From Octopus vulgaris (lineage: Eukaryota), in NCBI GenBank assembly GCA_951406725.2, contig OX597836.1, positions 30,876,001 through 30,940,000 on the forward strand: DNA of 64,000 nt, in the 5' to 3' direction. The position numbers and the translations under genes are program-made. Positions within the stretch are counted from its first letter, which is position 1; every line of letters begins with the position of its first letter. Below the pieces are notes generated by a model that had not been told where the DNA came from, ran no database searches, and worked only from the letters and a program-made list of their open reading frames with translations. Of the stretch, positions 38,308 through 52,388 are shown piece after piece.

Positions 38308-39302
38308 GGCATGACAACCTCTGCAGATCATTAAGGAAAGTATGTAAACACAGATAAGAGTATAATTTGATGCAATTTCTTGTATAATTTACTTCAAAGT
38401 AGATATAACTCCCTGAAGGGACATAGTTTAGTTGGCGAACTCATCCATCTAATAAACTGAGGCTGGCTAAAATAAATATCTAAGTATTATTGGTGATACA
38501 ACTGATTAAAAGTAACTCCTGAAGGCTGACGCTCCAGCTTGGCTGCAGTCTTTACAATTTTGGTGCCTGAATAGAAATTTCAATCATGAATGTTCCTACT
38601 TGATAATTCTCTATTTACATTTCATTTTTAAAGTGTATAATTCATCTGATATGCTGCCAAGATTATTCTTTAGAGGATTGTGGACAAAACTTCATTCATC
38701 CATTTAATTCTTGCTAAACATTTCAATTATTCCGATAAAGAATAATCACTTGTTGTTTGTCCAACCATATCTATTGTTAGCAAGGGATTAACCAGCAGAC
38801 AAATTTATTATTAGTTTCAATAGTATTTTGAGTCGACATTATTTTTGTTGGTTTACTGTCTAAAGTTTTTATTTTAATAACTGTAAACAATTATTGCCCA
38901 GCTTGAGAGAAAAATTCAAATAATTCATAAAATATGAAGAATTATTTTTTTATTATCTATTATCTTTTACTTGTTTTAGTTATTAGATTGTGGCCATGCT
39001 GGGGCATTGCCTCGAAGAATTTTAGTCAAATGAATTTTATCAGTCTCTTTTGCTGCACTACTAGTTTATGCAGGACATAAACAGACCAACACCCAACATG
39101 GCTGCTGTCTAATGACTGAAACAAGTAAAAGATAAAACATATATGAGATGAGCTTCCTCACAGTTTCTCCATGTCACATTCCCATTCAAGGCTTTGGTTG
39201 GCCTGGGGCTATAGTAGAAGAAGGTGTTGATTAGAACATGAAATTACATGCTTACAAAGTAAGCTTATTAAATGCACAGCCGTCCCTGCACCTATTTTTT
39301 TA

Positions 39303-39349
<47 letters not shown>

Positions 39350-39456
39350 ACTATATGATATGTAAAAAAATGCACAAATGGCGAACTGACACAGAAGGTC
39401 ACCAAATCCTCATCAGATACCAGCTAGAGGAAGAAGCGCAATTTTGTGCCTATTTA

Positions 39457-40746
39457 TTATGTTGTTCTGAAAGTAATGGCTGATTTCAGAAACATAATTT
39501 TATTCTGGAAAAATTAACAATACAAATGTTTTGATTAGTCAAAATATGAGCCATGAATATTTATGCATCTCTGCCATTGATCAATGAGATTATTTATGCT
39601 TTGTTGATAAAAAACTTATTGGCTTTGATGCTAAGAAATCTTTGAAAGCTGATTTCAACCTCTGGTTTGGACCTGGAAGTTTTATCACTTAAAAATGTGT
39701 TTAAATGCTTAAAAAATGGTAGTTAGTGAATGAAAGATCTGGAGAATATGGAGGATGTGGTAAAGTCTTGTATCTCAAGTCTGTGAGTTTCTGCAGCACC
39801 ATTCTTGCAACATGGGGCTTTGCATTATCATGGAGCAGAATTGGGCCATGCCGATTCACCAATGCAGGTCTCAGTTTTTTTTTTGCAAGTGAGCATGCAT
39901 TTCAGTGAGTTGATTGTAGTAAACCTCTGCTGTAATGCTCTGATTAGCTTCCAGAAAGCTGTATTGTACAACACTAATTGCAGACCACCAGACAGTCACC
40001 ATAATCTTTTGCTGATGCAACTTTGGCTTTGGGAAATGTTTGGGGGATTTATCACAATCAAGCCATTGATCTGATCATTTACGTTTATCATAAAGGATCC
40101 ACTTTTCATCACAAGTGACTATTCTGGCAAGAAAACACTCATTGGTGTTTTGCAGAAAGAGCATTGAGCACAATTCAAAACGCTGAACTTCTTGATTTTT
40201 CATTGAGCTCATGCGGTACGAATTTATCAAGCTTTTTCACCTTATCAATCCTCTGCAGATTGCATGAGACCGTTGCTATACCAACACCAAGTGCTGAGAC
40301 ATTTCTCTGACACTTTGACCTGGGTTTTGTTCAACAATTGCTTTCAATTGTTCAATGTCAAGACGGCATGACCGTCCTCTACTTTCTTCATCTTCAAGGC
40401 TCTCATCACCACTATGGAATTTCTGAAGCCACCTTTGTACTGTGCAATCACTTGTGGACACCTCTGTCCATGCCCTGTTGATATTGGCAGCAGTTTGGGA
40501 GGGATTGTGCCCAAGCTTGAACTCATGCAATAAAAGTAAGCAAAGGTCCTTTTTTGTCATGTTCATAATTAAGGGTGCCTATGCTTCAAGAATGTTTTCT
40601 GTCTGAAATAAGTAAAAAATTATCAAAGAGCATACATCAATTATGAAGTATATTGAAATTCACCTCAAATATAATTAAAATACTATGATAAAATTGCATT
40701 CAAAACACAACACTTAGAGCGGCCAATTATTTTCAGAACAATCTAA
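39457..40746 (-). mobile_element. full-length decayed mariner transposon (~1.29 kb)
   Basis: TIRs ttatgttgttctgaaagtaat / attattttcagaacaatctaa with TA TSDs. Confidence 0.9.
39520..40566 (-). pseudogene. mariner DDD transposase pseudogene
   Basis: N-terminus LLLHEFKLGHN..TAANINRAW, then VTCDEKWILYD, LHDNAKPHVA and PHPPYSPDLS across frameshifts. Resembles the Hsmar1/cecropia type. Confidence 0.85.
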
Positions 40747-41204
40747 TATATACTTGACTTTATGAGCAAAATGGCACTAAAATATTTTCATTTGAGCTAA
40801 AGTATGCCTCGAGTAAGATATAAGAAATTTAAGAAGAACTACTGTAGTGTGTGTGATTTGAGGGTGAATCGGCTGTAATATCTAGCAAAGCAAACAACTG
40901 TTTAGAGGCTCTCTTGTTTGCTTGATAGTGTCACTGATGATGAAACAAGACACTTAAATGTTCAGAATAGTGAATTGCATTCCTCTTCCTCACCAGACAA
41001 CAATGGGTGATTATTCATAAAGCATATTTGGAACTAGTCAGGTTGAAGTTGTAATCACTCATATTCAATTATCTGATTTGGGGTTTGGCTGGGCAATTTT
41101 CTGGAGCCAGCTCTTTCAGTAAACCAAACCCTGATCTTGTGTTTATATTAATAAGATGCAGATTGGATTTTCTTTTTTCTGAGTCATTTTCAGAAAGTGT
41201 TCAT

Positions 41205-41460
41205 TCCCCCTCCTCCTCCACTTCCTCCTCCTCCGCCGCCTCCCCTCCTCCTCCTCTTCCTCCTCCTCCTCCTCCCCCTCCTCCTCCCCTCCTCCCCCAC
41301 CCCTCCTATTCCTCCTCCCCTCCTCCTCCTCCTCCCCTCCTCCTCCTCCCCTCCTCCTCCTCCCCTCCTCCTCCTCCTCCCCTCCTCCTCTTCCTCCCCC
41401 ATCCTCCTCCTCCCCTCTTCTTCTTCTTCTTCTTCTTCTTCTTCTTCTTCTTCTTCCTCC
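41205..41460. repeat. (CCT)n/(CTT)n polypyrimidine tract
   Basis: Continuous with the tail of a minus-strand RTE-type 3' end (41460-41635). Confidence 0.9.
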
Positions 41461-41914
41461 GTTAACGTCCGTTTTCCATGCTAGCATGGTTTGGACCGTT
41501 TGACCAGGGTCTGGGAAGCCAGGAGGCTGCGCCAGGCTCCAGTCTGATCTGGCAGTGTTTCTACAGCTGGATGCCCTTCCTAATGCCAACCACCCCATGA
41601 GTGTAGTGGGTGCTTTTTACGTGCCACCGGCACAGGGTATGTATCAAATATGGTACTCATTATCATTGTAATGTCTACTTTTTCATGCTTGCATGGGATA
41701 GACAGAGTTTATTGAGGCAGATTTTCTACAGCCAGATGCCCTTCCTGGGAACTAGGCAATCTGTCCTGTGAGTCCAAGTACTTGAGACAGTTAAAGTTCA
41801 TGTTCAATGAAAGAGTCTCTATGTGGTCACTTGATTTGCTAAAAATTGATGTCAAATCTTCCTCAAACAAACTATACCATCTTAAGAAAAAGGAGAGGAC
41901 ATATTACACAACAT

Positions 41915-42141
41915 AGGTGTGGCCATGTGGTGCGAAATTTGCTTGCTAACCACATGGTTCCAAGTTCAGTTCTACTGCATTGCACCTTGGCCAAGCATCT
42001 TCTATTATAGCCTTGGGTCTACCAAAGCCTTGTGAGTAGATTTCGTAGACAGAAACTGAAACAAGCCTTTCTATGTATGTATGTATGTATGTATGTATGT
42101 ATGTATGTATGTATGTATGTATGTATGTATGTATGTATGTA

Positions 42142-42192
<51 letters not shown>

Positions 42193-42490
42193 ATATATGG
42201 GTTTGTATATATGTATGTATATGTATGGGCGTTACTGCCTCCTTGTTTTGACATTGTGTAACAGTTGTAAATGAATGTCACCGTAATGCAAGCTGTGTCC
42301 TTTGTTTCCAATCTTAAGTAAAAACATGTCTGTTCATGGGGGAAATAGTTCCTTATTTGGAAACAAGTGAGGGTTGGTGACAGGGAGGGCATCTGGCTGT
42401 AGTAAGTCCTCCTCAAAAAACTTCATCCAACCCATGCTAGCATGGAAAAGTGGACGTTAAAACAATGATAATGATGATGATGATGATGTT
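41915..42490 (+). mobile_element. SINE-C head with an RTE-type tail
   Basis: C head, (TATG)n(TG)n, then ggttggtgacagggagggcatc...catgctagcatggaaaagtggacgttaaa and (GAT)n. Confidence 0.8.
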
Positions 42491-43388
42491 TTATGCTTAA
42501 AAAGACAGGAATGTCATGACTAGAGTGCTTTTGATCATAGGTCTACTGAATCAGTGTTAACTTTAGGCCAAACACCACTCACAACAGAACAATATATGTG
42601 AAACAAGCCAATGAAGAAAACTATGTGGTTACTCAACTTGCTAGAAATATCAGTCAGATACCCCCTCAAATTACATTCTATCATTTTGAAAGAAATTAAA
42701 CAAACAGAAAACAACACACTGAATAATGTTGTCCCAGGTACACTGTACTTGAATAACAAATGGGGTGGTCATGGCTGGATTAACCACGTTGCATTCTGAT
42801 TACTCTGTCAAATGTAATACTTATTTATTCACTTTGTTTGAGTTAATCATGTGTTATTTTGTAGCTTCTTGATTTTGATAATGTGATTGTTTATTTTTAT
42901 AATGGCCTTGTTGGGTAGGTGTGAGAGGTCAGCTCTGGCTAGTTTGAACATAAAACTTGTGGAATATTAGGGCCAGATATGGCCGGTTTAAATGCTAAGG
43001 GATTAACTTCCACCACAAGATAAACAACAATACTTTCTGAATAAAAGACGGGATTGCCATATCTGGAATGCCTTTAATTATAAGTATGTTTGGTCAGGGC
43101 TAACCTTGGGATAAAAAAAAATAATACCACCAACAATGCTAATTCTGAATGGAAGACAAGACGGCCATGGTTGGATTGCTTTTGATTATAAATCTTCTTG
43201 GTCAGGGTTGACTTGTAAGAGAAAATACTATTTACATGCCACATTGGTTATTAAAGATCCTACTAAGATCGACAAGGATGGTCTGATATACATATATATA
43301 TATATATATATATGTACATATATATATACATATACATATACATACACACACACACAACACACACACATATATATATATATATACACAT

Positions 43389-43469
<81 letters not shown>

Positions 43470-43743
43470 CATATATATATACTTATATACATATATATAT
43501 ATATATATTACTAGTTGAAATCATGAATAATGTGTTTGTGGTATTTATTTTTGTATGGACTTTAAAAATATGTGGCTGACTTATTTCTAGCAACAACCGT
43601 CTAATCAACAACAGCCAATATTATTGATCAGTCGAGTTATGTTACAGTTAGTTGAACGGAACTATTTCTGTCTTCAGTGAGCCATAATATCCTCTGATAT
43701 TGCTCTATACCTTTTCCTGGACCACTACTACAACCACTACCAT

Positions 43744-43804
<61 letters not shown>

Positions 43805-44098
43805 GCTGCTGCTGCAGTCTTATAGCTGAGTGAATTTTTCTTCTAAAGCGTTAATAAAACTATTCTCCTTTGACAGTTACATGCTTAAAATAAAATGCTT
43901 GATGTGTAATATATCGGTGGAATGGTTACTGCTGTTTACACTTATTTATGTTTTATTTTTCTGCTACAGTAAGCATTAAGCAGGCTTGCAAGTGTGGTCA
44001 ACAACAAGACACATGAACTGACACTCAGTTCAGACTGGCTCTAAGTTTTTTGTCTCTAGCTGACCAGAGTTGGTGGCTGGTATTGGTCATCACTTTAT

Positions 44099-45066
44099 TT
44101 AACCCTTTCATTACTGTATTTATTTTGAGATGCTCTGTGTTGCTTTCAATTGCTTTAAATATAACAAAGAATTTAGTAAAATAACTTAGTTATCATTCAG
44201 CTAGTGTTAGGAACATAAATTGTGACTAATTGGTGGAAGATTTTTATTCAAAACTTATGAAAACAAGACATTTGTACTCAGCGCCAGAGGTGGTTTCAGG
44301 TGGGTTGGTAATGAAAGGGTTAAGAATTGTTTGTCTATTATATATTTTAACCCTTTTGTTACCATATTTCTGTTGAGATGCTGTGTTTCTTTCAATTAAT
44401 TTTAAATATAACAAAGAATTTAGTAAAATAACTTAGTTATCATTTAGCTAGCGTTAGGAACATAAATTGTGACTAATTGGTGGAAGATTTTTATTCAAAA
44501 CTTATGAAAACAAGACATTTGTACTCAGCGCCAGAGGTGGTTTCAGGTGGGTTGGTAATGAAAGGGTTAAGAATTGTTTGTCTATTATATATTTTAACCC
44601 TTTTGTTACCATATTTCTGTTGAGATGCTCTGTGTTTCTTTCAATTAATTTTAAATATAACAAAGAATTTAGTAAAATAGCTTAGTTATTATTAAGCTAG
44701 TGTTAGGAACATAAATTGTGACTAAGGTTTGGTGGAAGATTTTTATTCAAAACTTATGAAAACAAGACATTTGTACTCAGCGCCAGAGGTGGTTTCAGGT
44801 GGGTTGGTAACAAAAGGGTTAAGAATTGTGTGTCTATTATATATTTTAACCCTTTTGTTACCATATTTCTGTTGAGATGCTCTGTGTTTCTTTCAATTAA
44901 TTTTAAATATAACAAAGAATTTAGTAAAATAACTTCGTTATCATTCAGTTAGTGTTAGGAACATAAATTGTGACTAAGGTTTGGGGAAAGATTTTAATTC
45001 AAAACTTATAAAAACAACACAACAGAGCCAGAACTGGTTTCAGCCAGGTTGCTAATGAAAAGGTTA
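44099..45066. mobile_element. four tandem piggyBac-like MITEs
   Basis: Each unit is TTAA-CCCTTT...AAAGGG-TTAA, ~225 bp, separated by the same 23-bp spacer. Confidence 0.85.
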
Positions 45067-45216
45067 AAGAGGAAACTGCTAGTCTACACTCTCAGCTGAC
45101 TAACTGGAAATAGCAGCCAAATTTCTCCCAAATAGTAACCCCCTACCACATTAACCTTTAGCATTCAGATTATTCTTTCAAGTGTAATGCTTGTTCATTC
45201 ACATTGTTTTCATTTA

Positions 45217-45738
45217 CCGTAAATCCTCGAGTATAATACACATTTTTTCCCCAAAATTTAAAGGTCGAAATCCCTAGTGTGTACTATATACGAGGTTAAA
45301 AATGAAAGATATTTTCTAAGCAATGTCCAAGTCTCTATTTGCTGTCTGGCAATGTTTATTCAGATGCATTTTGTGATGTCGGGCGCGAAAATACCTTAAG
45401 CTGAGCCTGAAAGCAATGAAGTCATAAAAGAATCTTCCATAACTTGCAGCGAGCAACATTTATTAAAATAAAAGTATTCAGAACACAGAATAACATGTAA
45501 CAAAAACAATTTACAAACATATTTACATTCCCATATAACAGTTAAGAACATCACCATTATTGTATTATGCATGTGCAGAAGTGTTTGTTCGACTAGGTGC
45601 TGCTGGCTTAATTACATACGACTCAAGTTAGAGAAGGGGTGCATATTATACACAAGGTTTAGGTTTTTCAGAGGTACAACCCCCTAAAAATCCCCTGCGT
45701 ATTATACTCAAGGGCGGACTATACTCAAGGATTTACAG
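45217..45738. mobile_element. Tc2/pogo-like non-autonomous element nested in a piggyBac-like MITE
   Basis: TIR ccgtaaatcctcgagtata / tatactcaaggatttacag with TA TSD. Host MITE spans 45151-45894. Confidence 0.8.
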
Positions 45739-47143
45739 TAATCATGCATCATTATCCTGCAGTTTTGAGATTTCATTGATGCGACTGTTTATTTTCAGAA
45801 CAACCATTGTAGAGCAGGTATGATAGGCCAGTTTGGACATAAAACAGGTGGAATTTTTGTGCTGGATATGGCCAGTTTAAATGCTAAAGGATTAAATAAA
45901 GAAGGGTGGATTGTACAATGCTGGATTTTACAATGTTAGGATGGCTACAATTGGAATGCCTTTGATCAAAGATATGCTTTGATTAGCATTGAGTTTTGGC
46001 TAAACAAAATTGATCAATAAAGAAAAACTCTATGCTCTCACTTGATTTACTATCAGCTGAATACTTTAAAAGATGACAAGCTGGTAGAACCTGCAAACTG
46101 ACAAAATTGGCAAAGTGCATGTCAGCTGGTTGCTTTCTTTGCCCCATGATCCTAGCTTTTCCAAATCATTGCTTAGACACTTACTAACATATTCAAGTGC
46201 ATTAATAATTAATTCTTTCAAATTTTTGGCACAAACCTTGCAGTTTTGAGGAGTGAGCTAAGTCAATTACATTGATCCAACTGCTCAGCTGGTATTTATT
46301 TTATTGATCCTGAAAGGCTTTTGACCTCTGAACACAAAATCAGAAGAAAAGCTATTAGGCATTTTGATTGGTGCAGTAATGATTCTGTTGGCTCACCACC
46401 TTCAGTGCACCAGTAATTAATGATAATAATAATAATTAATGATAAATAATTACTGAATGTGAATTTATATTCTGATTGGAGAAAAAAGGTTACCATTATA
46501 CAAGAAGTTCTTAGTGCACTTTTCTATAAAGTCATATCTAACCTTTGTCTTTGAGGGCCTAAAGGAAATATTACTTTACTTGAAAAGCGGCGAGGGTTGG
46601 TGACAGGAAGGGCATCACGCCATAGAGAATCTTCCTCAACAAATTTCATCTGACCCATGTAAGCATAAAAAAGTGGATGTTAAAATAGTGAGAAATTGTT
46701 GCTGTTGTTGTATAGCCCCAGGTTGGCTTCAGTTAAACAAACCTATCATCAACGGGGTTCCAACTCTGACCATTCTGTTTCCTTGTATATCTAGGACCAT
46801 ATTGACGTGTGTTTTCTTCCTTTTATTATATAGGATAGCAGGGCATAATTTCAGTGAATTTAGCTGTTATTTCTTGCAGGTCAAGCAATTAAGTAGAAAT
46901 GTTTCCCTTTCTAAGAGTGTTACATGTGATATATTGGAGACTTATCCCGGAGGAGATTTATCTGTCATCTGCTTAACACAATAGAAAGTGGAGTTAGGTA
47001 TTGACCCCATGATTGATGCTAGGAGTATGACAACAATGACGATGAGGGCAATGATGACAATGACAACGAACATGATCATGATGATAGTGTTTGATTTAAG
47101 GGAGATTTGGTTATTTATATCATCTCAAGTGATCACTTAGAGG

Positions 47144-47181
<38 letters not shown>

Positions 47182-47739
47182 GCTTGTTCATGTCACAAGT
47201 TAGTCTGGAAAAAAGCAGAAAAGAAATTATCTCTCGTAAAAATCTTCAATGGATCAAATTGTAATGTTTTCAGGAGAATCTCATTTATATTGATTGATGT
47301 CACAGTTTGCAAACATTAACTTTGACAAATTAAATCTGAATGACTGATTATACAGACAAAAGTTAATGAGTACTTGCTGAAGTTTAAATTTCAATGCGTA
47401 CTTATAATGTACTCTTTAATGTGGTTGTGTGGTAAGAAGTTAGCTTGCTAACCACATGGTTCCAGGTTCAGTCCCACTTCATGGTACGTTGGGTAAGTTT
47501 CTTCTGCTATAACATCAGGCTGATAGCCTCGGGCCGACTGAAGCATGGTGAGTAGATTTCAGAGGGAAACTGAAAGAAGCCTGTTGTATATCTATTATAG
47601 CTGCAGGAGTGGCTGTGTGATAAGAAGCTTGCTTCCGACCACATAGTTCTGGTTTCAGCCCCACTGCGTTGCACCTAGGGAAAATACCTTCCAACCAAAG
47701 CCTTGTGAGTGGATTTGGTAGATGGAAACTGAAAGAAAC

Positions 47740-47850
<111 letters not shown>

Positions 47851-47869
47851 TTATATATAAACTTTTTAT

Positions 47870-48175
47870 CAAAGCTGTAAAATTATCACAGAACTGTTAC
47901 TCAATTTCATGTTTCCGTTGGGCTGACCAGAACTTACATGTATATATATGTATATATATATATACAAACACACATACATACATACATACACACATATATA
48001 TATATATACTTATTAAAAAGCAGCCAAAATATCACAAAAATCGTTACTCAGAGTTTCCCATTCCTGTTTGTCGGGCAGTTTTGCTGCTTTTTAATAAAGC
48101 ATATTACTCTACCTCTGGAATTTTGAGTACTATTTTTCCCATCTTCTTTCGCATTTATGTGCTTACTCTTACTCT

Positions 48176-48177
<2 letters not shown>
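47870..48177. mobile_element. Penelope-LTR-like fragments with degenerate hammerhead motifs
   Basis: Homologous to 56400-56540, embedded in (TA)n. 48083-48177 is inverted relative to 48010-48082. Confidence 0.55.
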
Positions 48178-48217
<40 letters not shown>

Positions 48218-48218
<1 letters not shown>

Positions 48219-48795
48219 CGAGGCAATGACTAGTGACCGAGACTTTTGGAAATATGCTGTGCTTGAGAAGACTCAGCAAGCCAAATGAGACCATAACCTC
48301 GTGGCCTATGCCAGGGGTGTAATCAGCCTACTTATGCATACCTTTCCTTCCTTGGACACTAAACTCTGCTTGCGAAGACCTGTTGAGGCAAGTGAGATCG
48401 AAATCAAATTCGATGAATGGCATCCGTGCTAGTGGGGCACTAAGAGTACCATCTGCGCGTGATTGTTGCCAGAGCGGCTAACTGGCTTGCATGCTGGTGG
48501 CACGTAAAAAGCACCATTCGAGCGGGATCATTACCAGCGTCGCCTTACTGGCACTTGTGCCGGTGGTACGTGAGAAAACATTTGAGCGAGGTCGTTGCCA
48601 GTACCACCTGACTGGCCCCCGTGCCGGTGGCATGTAAAAGCACCCACTACACTCTCAGAGTGGTTGATCTGTAGAAACTCTGCCAGATTAAGATTGGAGC
48701 CTGGTGCAGCCATCTGGTTCACCAGACTCCGGTTGAACCGTCCAATCCATGCTAGCATGGAAAGCGGACGTTAAACGATGATGATGATGATGATG
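48218..48795 (+). mobile_element. RTE-like LINE 3' end with long UTR
   Basis: EAMTSDRDFWKYAVLEKTQQAK*, then a UTR ending ggacgttaaac(GAT)n. Confidence 0.7.
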
Positions 48796-49350
48796 ATACA
48801 TACGCACACACAATTAGCTTCTTTCAGTTTCTGTCTACCAAATCTATTCTCAAATTTTGGTCAGCTCAAGGCTATAGTAGAAGACACTTGTCCAGGGTAC
48901 ACTGGGACTGAACTCAGAACCATGCAGTTGGGAAGCAAACTTCTTACCACACAGCCACCCTCATATGTAATTAGCAAGAAGAATTAGAGGTAATGGTAAT
49001 AAGACTAATGGATGTTATATTACCTGTCAAGGTGCTGCACAACTCATTTTCTGCATTATAAGTACCATTTAACACAATAAACACAAAACTTCTACAGAAC
49101 CGTCTTCTTTCCTGCTATAAATTTCTAATTTCTAGATTGGCAATATAGCAGCAACATGACAAATTAATTATATAATTAGACAAATTAGTTATAAATTTTG
49201 TCAATTATATCATAAAATTAAGACTTTGTTGTCATTGGTTAACCCCACTTCAGCCCCAATTAAAAAGATTTATTATTATAGCTGAAGGATTATTTTCTAA
49301 GGTATTTCAATGTATTTTTATGGGTGTCTGGGGCTATAGTGTTTAATATA

Positions 49351-49513
49351 GGTGCAGGAGTGGCTGTGTGGTAAGTAGCTTGCTTACCAACCACATGGTT
49401 CCGGGTTCAATCCCACTGCGTGGCACTTTGGGCAAGTGTCTTCTGCTATAGCCTCAGGCCAACCAAAGCCTTGTGAGTGGATTTGGTAGACGGAAACTGA
49501 AAGAAGCCCATTG

Positions 49514-49558
<45 letters not shown>

Positions 49559-49760
49559 TTGTGTGTCTGTGTTTGTCCCCCCCAACATCGTTAGACAACT
49601 GATGGCAGTATGTTTACATCCCCGTAACTTAGTGGTTCAGCATTAGAGACCGATAGAATAAGTACTAGGCTTACAAAGAATAAGTCCTGGGGTCGATTTG
49701 CTCGACTAAAGGCGGTGCTCCAGCATGGCCGTAGTCAAATGACTGAAGCAAGTAAAAGAG
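49351..49760 (+). mobile_element. SINE family C, full length
   Basis: Matches 8563-8980. Flanking repeat taatat. Confidence 0.85.
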
Positions 49761-49908
49761 TAATATGCCTCTTCATCTTTGTTTTAAACCCTTTACCATT
49801 CGGATTACTCTGTCAAATGTAATGCTTATTTATTTGTGTTCTTATGAATTAATCTTGCATTATCTCATGGTTTCATATTTTCAATAATATGATTGTTTAT
49901 ATTTAGAA

Positions 49909-50303
49909 CTAGCAGTATCGCCCAGCGTTGCTCGGGTTTGTAAGGGAAATAACTATATAAGCATTTTTAGAGATGTAAAGTATAATAGCCATCTCAATAT
50001 GGCTAACCACAAAGGGAGGTGTTACTGTAGCTTTTTACGTTCTGAGATTTAATAATACATTTTTAGAGAGTTACTTCCCTTATATAATAGCAAAAAAATG
50101 CATTAAGAATGGGAAAAAATGTTGGTAAATTTTTTTTTAAATGGTAGACTCATCGTAGATGCGCACTAATACCCAGAAGGGCTCGATATGAATCACGACT
50201 ATAAGATACCCGCTTTTGGTTACACTGCACTGCAAAATGTGGGAGTAGTTAGGAATCTAAATTGTAGGAGACAGACACACAACTTCACTTTTATATATAA
50301 AGA
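49909..50303 (-). mobile_element. non-autonomous Helitron nested in a MITE
   Basis: Reverse complement of 34082-34473. Splits the host sequence tttagaA|Tg without a TSD. Confidence 0.88.
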
Positions 50304-50509
50304 TGTCCATAAGGAGTAGGTGTGAGAGGCCAGATATAGCCAGTTTGAACATAAAACAGGTAGAATATTTGTGCTGAAGATGGTCAAAATGCCAACGGAT
50401 TAAAACAGTTGAGTGATTTGAGAGAGATACGTTTGGTAATTCTAGCATGTCAAGTAACTGCATAGTGTATCTCTCATTGGCTTTTTTGAAACTTAGTGAT
50501 AGTCTAGAT

Positions 50510-50830
50510 CAGGGCTGGCCAACCTGAAGCCCGTGGGCCACAGGTTTTTATTCTTGCAGCCTGCTTGATACTTTCTTGAAATAGGTTTATTTAAACAAAC
50601 ATTTAAAAAATTTTATCAAAAATTAAAGATTGTTATGAAAGGTAAAAATGAAAGTTACTACTGTTTTTGCAATGATAATATTTCATGTTGAATCAACGAC
50701 CATTCATTCATTATTGTAATAATAGCATGAGAAAGCAAAATGCTTTCAATTCCGTCAGTATACAAGCAGCCCTCAAAAAACTTTCTGTGGTTAAAGCAGT
50801 CTGCAGTGTAATTTGAGTTGGCCAGTCCTG
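50510..50830. mobile_element. hAT MITE
   Basis: TIR cagggctggccaac / gttggccagtcctg with perfect 8-bp TSD gtctagat. Confidence 0.9.
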
Positions 50831-51565
50831 GTCTAGATACTTTCTTGCCAAGAACCCAGCTAAATATTTATGGTAGGGAATTTAGTCAAGGCTGAATTCT
50901 TAAAAACAAAGAATTTTTTTTTTCTTTCTCACTGTTGTTTTAGAAGAATGGTTCGAATTAGAGCCTGTGATATTGAAAAAAAAAAAGTTGCTTAAAGTAA
51001 AATGTGTGTGTGTGTGTAAAACGTGTGTGTGTGTAAAGCGTGTGTGTGTGTTTTTGTGTTTGTGTGCATGTATATGTGTACATGTGTGTGTGTGTGTGTG
51101 TGTATGTATGTGGGTATGCAAATGTGTGTGCACATGTGCGCATACACACACACACATATCTACTTGTACATACATTTAAATACATGTATATGTATGTACA
51201 TCTGTGTTTATGAATATATGTAAATGTGTGTATGTGTGTACATATGTGTATGTGTGTGTGTGTGTGTGTGTATACATATATGTGTGTGTATGTATACATA
51301 TATATGTGTATGTGTGCATGTCTGTTCAATTTTAGGTGTAAATAAGCATAAATTTGATTAAAAACTTTTTGGAATTCACTCTAAATGATTTGATTTCCAC
51401 TGAAGTAATCAAGTTTTTGCAAAAAACACAAAGTTTACTCATCTTTTATTGAATTTCCTCAGCTGCGTTCATTTATTTTTTGTTTTACTGTTTCCTTTCT
51501 ATGATTTTAATCTAGGCACCGCAGCCATGCTAAGGCACTATCTTTGATATTTTACCTGTCAAACC

Positions 51566-51792
51566 TATTTCTTTATTACCCACAAGGGGCTAAACACAGA
51601 GGCAACAAACAAGGACAGACATAGGTATTAAGTCGATTACATCGACCTCAGTTCGTAACTAGTACTTAATTTATCGACCCCGAAAGGATGAAAGGCAAAG
51701 TCGACCTTGGCGGAATTTAAACTCACAACGTAACACAGACGAAATACCGCTAAGCATTTCGCCCGGCGTGCTAACGTTTCTGCCAGCTCGCT
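51566..51792 (-). mobile_element. SINE family B
   Basis: TSD ctgtcaaacc. A variant-tail B copy follows at 51820-52040. Confidence 0.85.
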
Positions 51793-52353
51793 GTCAAACC
51801 AGCCACATCTGACCTTAATATCCCTTTCTACTATAGGCACAAGGCCTGAAATTTTGGGGAAGAGGACTAGTCGATTACATTGACCCCATTGATTCACAGG
51901 TACTTAATTTATTGACCCCCGAAAGGATGACAGGCAAAGTCAACCATGGCAGAATTTGAACTCAGAGCATGATGACGGATGAAATGCCACTAAGTATTTT
52001 GCTTATCATGCTAACAATTCCGTGAGCCCCACTGCCTTATATCTGACCCTAATAATAATATTTTATCCGTTTTTGATATAAAGGGATAAAATGCTGATTT
52101 ATAATTGTAAGCAGGTTCGCATACACTAGTGATGTTTGTTGACATTCCCTGTTAACAAATGATCCTGTAGCTCTGTACTTTCAAAGTTGAATGAAATAAA
52201 ATGTCATTTAGTGGTGACAAAGTTAGTGGCAACACTTCAGTATGTATACACCCAACCATGCAAGCATGGAGAAAATTGGGCATAAAACTAACAAATGAAT
52301 GTGTGTGTGTGTATATATATGAATGTGTATGTGTGTGTGTGTCTGTGTGTGTA

Positions 52354-52388
<35 letters not shown>

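Noticed and set aside
41085-41598. Poly-Pro / Arg-Glu-rich ORFs
   Set aside because: Translations of the (CCT)n/(CTT)n tract.
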